From positions 24,991,149 to 25,029,049 of the forward strand of contig NC_068996.1 of assembly GCF_001194135.2 (NCBI RefSeq): a stretch of 37,901 nt of DNA, written 5' to 3'. A program made the position numbers and the translations under genes. Every line of letters begins with the position of its first letter. Position 1 is the stretch's first letter. Below the pieces are notes generated by a model, which saw only the letters and a list, made by a program, of their open reading frames with translations, was not told where the DNA came from and made no database searches. The DNA is from Octopus bimaculoides. Taxonomy: Eukaryota. Of this stretch, positions 24,539 to 33,600 are shown piece after piece.

Positions 24539-24990
24539 CTATTTCAAAATTTCTATTACTAAATTATTGACTTCAGTATACTTAGGTTGAGGGAAGATGT
24601 ATTTTTGTAGTTCTTGGCTATTTATATTCTTAAGCTTATCAGTGAGGGCTGCATTATAAATTTCATCTGTGTGTGTTCCGTTTACATACTGGAGCACACC
24701 TTCTGAGGTTAATACTTTCAAGTTTACGGCAGGTTTTCAGCAAGGTTATCAAAGTACTTCAGTCAAAGCTGAATTGCAATTGATGGTTCAGTGTTTTAAC
24801 AGCATGATGCAAATGACCCCAAGACTTTTGGTTGTTTGAGATAAAGAAGCTTTTAGTTATATTGCATTTCTGCCAGACATCATTACCAGTTAATTCAAGT
24901 ATAAAACATGTCTCCCAGCAGGTAGCACAAACTTTGTCTTTGACTATTTGAAGATTTTGAAGTGAAGTTGAACCTTTATACTTCATGGAG
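24539..24990 (-). mobile_element. Second Helitron fragment (region between Rep and helicase), pseudogenised
   Basis: KGSTSLQNLQIVKDKVCATCWETCFILEL resembles the Helitron pattern KGPTSFEDLRTV.G....TFREAC..LGL; the later EIYNAAL...LQKYIFPQP resembles EIYNEAL...L..LG.P.P. Confidence 0.7.
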
Positions 24991-25204
24991 AAGTTGTAGG
25001 AAAAAGCTAAGCTACATACAAACAAGAGTGAGAGATGAACACTCACATGTGTACACACATGCACAAATTTTCTCAAATATCTAATATATCATGTATACTT
25101 ATCTAGATGTTTGTGTTCTCCAACCTACACACACACACACACACACACATTTACATACATGTAAATAACATACATTGCATGTATCCACATTGTGTAATGT
25201 ATGT

Positions 25205-25262
<58 letters not shown>

Positions 25263-25265
<3 letters not shown>

Positions 25266-25611
25266 CTCTTTACTCTTTTACTTGTTTCAGTCATTTGACT
25301 GTGTCCATGCTGGAGCACCGCCTTTAGTCGAGCAAATTGGCCTAGTACTTATTCTATCAGTCTCTTTTGCTGAACCGCTAAGTTACAGGGACGTAAACAC
25401 ACCACCATTGGTTGTCAAGCGATGTTGGGACACACACACACACACACATATATACGACAGGCTTCTTTCAGTTTCCGTGTACCAATTCCACTCAAAGATT
25501 TTAGTCGGCCCGAGGCTATAGTAGACACTTGCCCAAAGTGCCACGCAGTGGGACTGAACCCGGAACCATGTGGCTGGTAAGCAAGCTACTTACCACGCAG
25601 CCACTCCTGCG
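25263..25611 (-). mobile_element. tRNA-derived SINE (family A), young full-length copy
   Basis: Head cgcaggagtggctgcgtggtaagtagcttgcttacc and tail aaacaagtaaaagagtaaagag, inserted next to a (CA)n tract. Confidence 0.88.
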
Positions 25612-25702
25612 TTATCTGCAATTGTAATAAGCAGTTACCACTGCATCACTCCTCACCCTCTGTGTGTGTGTGTGTGTGTATGTATATATGTATGTATGTG
25701 TG

Positions 25703-25766
<64 letters not shown>

Positions 25767-26228
25767 AATATATAATTATACAAGAATGTTGGCTGTATTT
25801 TGACTTCGAAGTTTCAGTCAGCTAACCCATTGTCAAATGGCTTAGCTAGCCGAAACTGAAATCACTGTCAACAACATTCTTATAGAAGAATAATAAATTT
25901 GTCCTCTACAAAAGTATAGAGTAACCCATCAGATTAATATAAAATTGTTAAGATTCATACACATATGTACATATGCTATGTATATATATTGTGTGTGTGT
26001 GTGTGAATACATTGCAGAAGCTGATTATTGTGATAATTTTATGATGGAACATTTACAATAATACAGAGCAGTTGAGAACATTAAGCAGAGGATATGACAA
26101 TGATATTGTTACTTGGCACCCACTGATATTGTTAATAACCATTTGATAGCGTTATCTGCAATTGTAATAAGCAGTTACCACTGCATCACTCTTCACCCTC
26201 TATCTGAATTTGTGTCTATGTGTGTGTG

Positions 26229-26260
<32 letters not shown>

Positions 26261-26373
26261 TCTATATATATAATACACACACATTTGTGTTTGCTATTTT
26301 CACATGCTTGTTTCATATATATGTGTGTGCATACTTATGAATATATATTATGTATATCTCTTTCTATTTTCAG

Positions 26374-26506
26374 TTGGAATTCCCATAACAATTTATATCC
26401 CACAAAACTCACCTGTAGTCACACCAATAATGGTTTACTTTCATGGAGGCGGATATATAATGGGGTCAAGAAACAATGTTGAAGATACATGTAAAATATT
26501 AGCTGT
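26374..26506 (+). CDS. Internal exon of an HSL/arylacetamide-deacetylase-like alpha/beta hydrolase (Abhydrolase_3 type carboxylesterase)
   Basis: Acceptor tttctattttcAG (26372-26373) and donor GTGAGT (26507-26512). Translation xGIPITIYIPQNSPVVTPIMVYFHGGGYIMGSRNNVEDTCKILA contains the HGGG oxyanion motif. Starts in phase 1 and ends in phase 2. Confidence 0.93.
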
Positions 26507-26725
26507 GTGAGTGTTGCTATTCTTTCTCATTCTATTGATTTTTTTACTTGCATCACTTTCTGATTGAATGCACCTTCTATTATTGTTCTTGATGATGATG
26601 ATAATGATGATAATGTAGAGGAATAATACATTTCAGTTTAAATGCACTTTTAGCTATAGAGTTATTAACTGTCACAGTCATCTGTCTTTTTGTCTTTGTC
26701 TGTCTATATATATATATGTATATCT

Positions 26726-27018
26726 ATCATCATCATCATCATCATCGTTTAACGTCCGCTTTCCATGCTAGCATGGGTTGGACGATTTGACTGAGGACTG
26801 GTGAAACCGGATGGCTACACCAGGCTCCAATCTGATTTGGCAGAGTTTCTACAGCTGGATGCCCTTCCTAACGCCAACCACTCAGTTTGTAGTGGGTGCT
26901 TTTATGTGTCACCCACACGAAGGCCAGTCAGGCGGTACTGGCAACGGCCACACTCAGAATGGTGTATTTTACATGCCACCTGCACAAGAGCCAGTCCAGG
27001 GGCACTGGCAACGATCTC
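26726..27018 (-). mobile_element. Young family B (RTE-tail-like) copy in the hydrolase intron
   Basis: (CAT)7 followed by gtttaacgtccgctttccatgctagcatgggttggacgatttgactgagg..; nearly identical to the 29055 copy over about 145 bp. Confidence 0.8.
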
Positions 27019-27788
27019 TATGTGTATGTATATCTGTCTCTCTGGTCATGTCTGTCTGTATGATCACATGCCTGCGTGTCCATGTGCCTGTGTGCCTGCC
27101 TGTTTCTATGTCTCTGAGTCTGTGTCTGACCACGTGTGGAAGCTCATCAGTGTTGTTCACCTATGTCCATATCTGTCCATGTGCAATTGTATCTGTCACT
27201 GTCTGTTCATCTGGTTGACCACATCTGTTTGTATCTAAATGTTTGACTGGTTTTCGTGTCCATCTGACTGACCACATCTGTCCATGCTAGTCTGTAAGAC
27301 CGTGCTTTTCTTGTCAGACAGATGAGTAAGTGTCTGTATGGCTGTGTCTAACTGAACATATGTGTCTGTATGCCTCTGTCTGACCATGTCTGTCTGTACT
27401 CCTTTGTCTGTTTGTACTCTTTTGTCTGGCTGTACTCCTTTTTCTGACCATGTCTGTCTGTGCTCATCTGTCGGAGTAGTGTCGGTATCCACTCAGATGT
27501 GTTACTAGATCTTACCTGAATATTACATCTCTGTATGGTCTGAAGATCTCTTATAGAAAGCTGCGTAAAGTCCATCTGGATTGCTTTTAATTTTTTTTTT
27601 ATCGGTCTACAAAATAAAGGCTGGAAAAGGGCTTAAATAATCTAAATCTGTGGCTGTCATAATTAGTTGCAATTGGTACAAGTATCAATATAGGGTGGTG
27701 GGCATGGTGGGAGTCACCATATCTCTTTGCATTATTGTTGATTATTTCTTTGTATTAACTTTGAGGCATAATAATCAATGGATTAAAC

Positions 27789-27950
27789 AAGTGGTTCTTC
27801 ACCATTTTGTTTTGTTTTTTTCACCTTTAAACCGTTACTATTTTATTCTGGTGGATCCCCATAGCCATTTGATGTTTAAATCTAATTTTTAAAAAATAAT
27901 TCTTTCGAAATTACTATTTTGTCTATGTGGACCCTGGTTGAGGACCACTG
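27789..27950. mobile_element. hAT-type MITE, 162 bp, same TIR family as 24283
   Basis: TIRs aAGTGGTTCTTCACC / GGTTGAGGACCACTG; perfect 8-bp TSD GATTAAAC (27781-27788, 27951-27958). Confidence 0.88.
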
Positions 27951-28057
27951 GATTAAACCCTTTGTCAGCAACATTTTTTTTTTCTTTTTAAAGCATTCAC
28001 TCATTACAAGGTCCTTATGCCACTGAAAACCTAAGAGCTATTAGAATAAAATGGACG

Positions 28058-28369
28058 CTAGACAGAAGTCAGTAGGTGACTATGTACATTAGATTTAAAA
28101 GACTGGAGGTCATATTGAAGAAGAAAACAAGACTGTGGAAGGGAATTCCAAAGTTCAGAGGTGCGAGGGAAGGAACTGGTACTGTAAAGTGCTTTACGAC
28201 ACTTAGTAGGTAGCACAGTATATTGATGAGAACTAGATGCAAGTCTAGTAGATCGCTGATAAGTTCTTAAAAGAAGAACCAGAGAAGGGAGCTCAGCTGA
28301 ACAATGTCCATGAAAATACTTATAGAAAAGAGACAAGGAAGCCACATGATAATGAGAGAGTGAATCCAA
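28058..28369 (-). mobile_element. 3' end of a CR1/L2/Jockey-group LINE ORF2
   Basis: DSLSHYHVASLSLFYKYFHGHCSAEL..RSTRLASSSHQYTV..FPRTSELWNSLP..YDLQSFKSNV matches the typical ORF2 C-terminus (L..RR.VASL.LFY.YY...F.PRT..LWNSLP...FK). Confidence 0.85.
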
Positions 28370-28929
28370 TTTAGAAGATAGAAAACATTGAATTCAGTCA
28401 ATACATCTTTCCACTTGTTTCTCTTTTTCCTTTCTCTTTTTTATATATTAAAGCATTAGTTGGTTAGTTGTACTTGGTTTGACTCTTTATGCTCGGTTCA
28501 ATTCCCACTGAGGTCAAATTTGCTTCTCATCATTATTTTAGGGGTTGATTTATAAAAAGAAAATAAGAAAAATGTATCAATCCAAGGTGATGGATTGGCA
28601 GCAATGTAAGAATATTGGACTGGATGCCCTGCAATATTTGTTGTAGTTCCCTGTTCTGAGTTCAAATCCTACCATGACTTACATGGATAATGGACCTAAT
28701 ATGCCATTCAACTTAACGTCCCTATCTAATATGTTGAGTGCTTATTGTGGAATCCACTTTGTTGCAAACATTAGACTAAATCCATTGCCCTGTTTAACAG
28801 CATCACATGGTACCTTGGATGCATTTAAATGCAAACATCCTGGGCAGGTCTCCAGTTTGAAGTTCAAAAACTTCCTCAACTTCTTCCTCACTAGTCTTAA
28901 AGGTCCTGTCAATGGTCATGTGCCTCTGA

Positions 28930-28963
<34 letters not shown>

Positions 28964-29054
28964 ACGATACAAGCACATAAGTCTGGTGCAGGCTCATGCC
29001 TAGCCAGCTCTTGTCAAACCATCCAACCCATCTTAGCATGGAAGGCAGATGTTA

Positions 29055-29201
29055 CATCATCATCATCGTTTAACGTCCGCTTTCCATGCTAGCATGGGTT
29101 GGACGATTTGACTGAGGACTGGTGAAACCAGATGGCAACACCAGGCTCCAATCTAAATTTGGCAGAGTTTCTACAGCTGGATGCCCTTCCTAACGCCAAC
29201 C
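29055..29201 (-). mobile_element. Young family B copy, tail-to-tail with an older opposite copy (about 28985-29054)
   Basis: Homology to the 26726 copy; the arms form an inverted repeat. Confidence 0.8.
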
Positions 29202-29541
29202 AGATGAAGAAGCAACAAACACAATTTGGATTGTGGTTATGCGCAGTTAGGGGCTCAACAACAACTGCAGTCACTTGTGGTACAGGACTTTCAGCATCCA
29301 GGTTATTCTGTCAAGTGTCATGCTTGTTTATTCACATTGCTTTGAATTAATTGTGAATTATCTCAGTTTTGAGGTTTCAATGATATGATTGTTTATTTTT
29401 GGAGTGACAGTGCAGGGTAGATGTAAGAGGCTGGACTTGGCCAGTTTGATTAAAGAAAAAAAAAAAAGAATATTTGGGCCGGATATGGCTAGTTTGAATG
29501 CTAAAGCAATAAAGGTTAAAAACGAAGCTTGCATGATGATG

Positions 29542-29572
<31 letters not shown>

Positions 29573-29791
29573 TACAAACACACAGGACCTTAGAGAAATT
29601 TTGCAAGGAGGAACAAGACGTGTTTTGGAACCCTGGGGTTGACCCTCGCAAAATTCAGTTTTTTTTCTTCCCCTTTTTATGGGTGAGGTGGGCCAGAACC
29701 ATTCAGGTATTCTGGAGGGCCCATTTTTGGCTTTCTAGACCGACCTTGTAATAAGGTTATGGCTAAACTCCCTTATCCATTATATAGATGT

Positions 29792-30148
29792 GGGGGTGGC
29801 TGTGTGGTAAGAAGTTTGCTCCCCAACTACATGGTCCTGAGTTCAGTTGACAAGAGTTTTTATTATATTCTTGAGCTGACCAAATCCTTGTGAGCAGGTT
29901 TAGGTGATGGAAACTGAAAGAAGCCTGTTTATGTGTGAGTGTCTCTATCTGTGTTTTCTCCCACTACTGCTTGACAACAGGTGCTAGTTTGTTTATGTTC
30001 CTGTAACTTAGCAGTTCAGCATAGATATTGATAGAATAAGTTCCAGGCTTACAAAACAATATAAGTTCCGGTGTCAATTTGTTTGACTAAAACCCTTCAA
30101 AGTTGAGCTGCAGTATGATCTGATTCCAACAACAGGAAAAAGTAAAAG
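29792..30148 (+). mobile_element. Family A SINE, diverged, sense orientation
   Basis: gtggctgtgtggtaagaagtttgct...gatggaaactgaaagaagcc...gaataagttccaggc. Confidence 0.7.
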
Positions 30149-30812
30149 ATATATATGTATGTATCAGAGTTCCAGATCTCTGAGCTACAAGTTGAACAGT
30201 AAAAACTAATTGCTATTTCCATTTCCTCGTTGTGTTATAATTAGTAAGCAAGGCACATATATAATTATTGCATTAGTTTAGCTGGTTCACAGAAAATAAG
30301 TTTTAATCAGAATTCAGAGTAGAAAGATTCATATTAAGCTAACAACACAGCTTTAAATGCAATTGCTACAATGTTGTACAAATATCAAAGATTAGAAAAC
30401 AAGACAAAACAAAAAAAAAAGAACCTCGTCCTGTTCATTATACAAGCATCAGACATTTGTTGTGTAGCTCAAATTTGGCACTGATCAGAAGCATTCTAGT
30501 TTCAATTACAACCATTCCATCCTATTTTCAGGATTAGTGTACTTCAGACTACATCACCCAATGTATCTTTTTTTTTTTTTTGTCTTGTAATACTGTTAGG
30601 TACATTTTGAGGGATATTTGGTTACTATTTCTAGTATGTGGTGTGACCATGTAGGAGCTTCTTTGATGCAGCAGTAAAATAAAAAGTCAAATCTAAAATT
30701 AGTGTGAAATTAATTTTATTTTTACATTATACACACACATGTGTGTATGTCTGTGTATGATGTATGTTTATTTATGTATATATTTATTTCTTTTTTTTTT
30801 TTCTTCTTACAG

Positions 30813-30903
30813 CAAAGCTGAATGTTGTGTAGTGAATGTTGAATATCGGTTGGCACCAGAACACAAGTTTCCTGCTTGTTACAACGATGCTAAGGCAGTT
30901 CTA
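30813..30903 (+). CDS. Next exon of the same alpha/beta hydrolase; 3' end lost in the gap 30904-31122
   Basis: Polypyrimidine tract plus ttacAG (30811-30812). The phase-2 junction GT|C rebuilds Val, giving ..[35 protein letters not shown], which contains the HSL-family V.YRLAPEH.FPA..D motif. Confidence 0.93.
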
Positions 30904-31515
30904 NNNNNNNNNNNNNNNNNNNNNNNNNNNNNNNNNNNNNNNNNNNNNNNNNNNNNNNNNNNNNNNNNNNNNNNNNNNNNNNNNNNNNNNNNNNNNNNNN
31001 NNNNNNNNNNNNNNNNNNNNNNNNNNNNNNNNNNNNNNNNNNNNNNNNNNNNNNNNNNNNNNNNNNNNNNNNNNNNNNNNNNNNNNNNNNNNNNNNNNNN
31101 NNNNNNNNNNNNNNNNNNNNNNGTTTTTAGTAATGGTGGTGTGGTGGTGGTGGTCGTCGTCATTTTTAATGATGTTTGTGGTGGTGGTGGTGGTGGTGGT
31201 GGTGGTGGTTGTTGTTTTTAAGGGTGGCAGCGGCAGTACTATTAATAACCAGAATGGTTATCACTGTTTTGCTGAAGGGGGCTATTGAAAGTAGTTATGG
31301 TTATGGTAGTGACCAGTAGCTGTAGCAGCAATGATCATGATTATAGTGATGATAATTTTTAATTTAGGCTCAAGGCCAGCAATTTTGAGGGAAGTGGGTG
31401 GGTTAGTTGGTTGGTTTCAGCAACCCCAGATCGGTACTTTATTTTATCAGCCCTCAAGGGATGAAAGGTAAATGTAAGCTGAACATATCAAAGTATCGCA
31501 CCAAATATATCTTAC

Positions 31516-31940
31516 CTTTCACTTGTTTCAGTCATTAGACTGCAGCCATGCTGGTGTACTGCATGGAAGAATTTTCAACCCCAATACTTTTTTTTCTAAA
31601 GCTTAGTACTTATTCTGTCAGTCTTTTTTTTTTTTTGCCAAACTGCTAAGTCAAAGGGATGTAAACACACCAGCACCAGTTGCTAAATGATGGTGGTGGG
31701 GAACCAACATAGACACAGACACACAGACAGACAGACACCCACACACACACACACACACACTCTTACACTCTCTCTCTCTCACACACACACATACGATGGG
31801 TTCCTTTCAGTTTCCATCTACCAAATCCACTCACAAGGCTTTGATCAGCCAGAGGCTAAAATAGAAGACATTTGCCCAAGGTGCCATGCTGTGGGACTGA
31901 ACCTGGAATCATGTGGTTGAGAAGCAAGCTTCTTACCACA
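31516..31940 (-). mobile_element. Family A SINE
   Basis: Collinear with the 25263 copy, with an internal (CA/CT) microsatellite. Confidence 0.8.
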
Positions 31941-31968
31941 GTGTCATGTCTGTGCCTGTAAGTTTAAA

Positions 31969-32063
31969 CACATGATAGCTCAGTTGGTAGAGTAGAGGAC
32001 TGTAGTATGAAATTATATATATCTGTGATCCTATGATCAGTGGTTCAAATCCGTTTCACAAGA
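31969..32063 (+). tRNA. tRNA-Tyr(GUA) with a 22-nt intron, probably a pseudogene
   Basis: GATAGCTCAGTTGGTAGAGTAGAGGACT-GTA-G, intron 32006-32027, then ATCCTATGATCAGTGGTTCAAATCCGTT. This is the canonical eukaryotic tRNA-Tyr layout with A and B boxes. The acceptor stem CACATGA/TCACAAG pairs only 4/7. A TTTT terminator lies at 32068-32071. Confidence 0.85.
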
Positions 32064-33334
32064 TCTCTTTTCAAGGCAGTGCCGCAAAGTAAAAAATATG
32101 TGAATTGTCATTTTAGTTTTTAACCCTTTAGCATTCAGAATACTCTGCTTATTTATTCACATTGTTTTGATTTAATCATACATCATCTTGTAGCTTCAAG
32201 ATTTCAATGGTGTCTATGTATATTTTGAGAATGACATTGTGGGGTAGATGTGATAGGTTGGATCAAGTCGGTTTTAGCATAAAACAAGTAGAATATTTGG
32301 GCTGAATATGGCCAGATTAAACGTTTAAGTTGTTAAAATTTGAGTTTATCCCTAAAATCAATAGTAGTTCACAAGTTTTGTAACCAGAGTTTCCAGAACA
32401 CAGACGTGCCTGCACCAGTCTGTTACTGGAGTCCTTTCAATTAACTAACTCCCTCCTTCAAAATTTTTGGCTGTCTATTTTAGAAAGGATTATTATTATG
32501 ATCCTGCTATGGTCAAGTTTGCCTTTCATCCTTCCAATATCCCAATTCTGAATTTGACTTTGTGCCTATCCAGGAAGTTATTTTCCTGGTTATGCATGCA
32601 CTCTGGGCAATCCTTTACTATTCCATTTATATTCACTTCCTTGTACCTTGAATGTATGCTCTGGCACACCACCATCTTCTCTCTTGCTCTCTCTTACTTT
32701 CATCTCTCTCTCTCTTTACTGGGGTAACCATGTATATTCTCTACAATAAGACACCTGTTTCTGTCATCACCTAGCAAAAAGCCACCTCCTGGAGTACCTC
32801 TGCCCTTCTCAGTTGAGGGATCTTTGTCTTGCAAGTTACTTGGTGACCTTGATGGTGCTTTTTATTATTAAGGTGGTGAACTGGCAGAATCATTAGTACA
32901 CTGGATGCTTAGTGGCATTTCTTACAGCTCTTTGGAGTTGATGTACATGCACTTGACTTAACCCTCCTCCTAAAATTGCTGGCCTTGATCAAAATTTGAA
33001 ACTACTATTACTATCACAGTTGATTGGCAGATTAATTAGTGGTGGAAAATTAGTTAGTGCTCTGGTATTTATTTTTTTTTTTATATTCTGAGTTCAAATC
33101 CCATTAGTCAATTTTGCTTTTCAACTTTTTGGCGTTGGTAAAATAAAGTACCAACCTAATCTGGGGTTGATGTAATTGACTTATCCTTTCTCTTTAAAAT
33201 TGCTGACCTTGTGCCAAAATTTGAAATCATTATTATTGTTTTGATTAAGCACTCTACAGAATAAAGGTAGGTATTTTTTTTTCTGGTAAGCCAAGTTTGT
33301 GATTCAAAGTGGATCTCTTTCATTGCTATTCTAC

Positions 33335-33600
33335 CAGTGCTGTGGAGTCGGAGTTGGAAACAATTAAGGGATAGCTGGAGTTGGAGTCGGCAAAATTATA
33401 CTGACTCCAATTCACAATATCTTTATTCTTTAATATAAACCAGTTATAACATACAGGCCTACTCAAAGTACAAGTGCATGCATATGATTTATGAGATATT
33501 TAAACCACAATTACTTAATTCTACATATAGAGGAGTCTGTTGGAGGTGTTAATAGTAGAGGAATAAGAGTCAGTTTTTTTATTTTGACTCCACAGCCTTG
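33335..33600. mobile_element. Putative MITE with GGAGTCGG-type subterminal repeats
   Basis: TIRs CAGTGCTGTGGAGTC / GACTCCACAGCCTTG (13/15) and internal ggagtcgg/gactcc repeats; no clean TSD. Confidence 0.55.
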
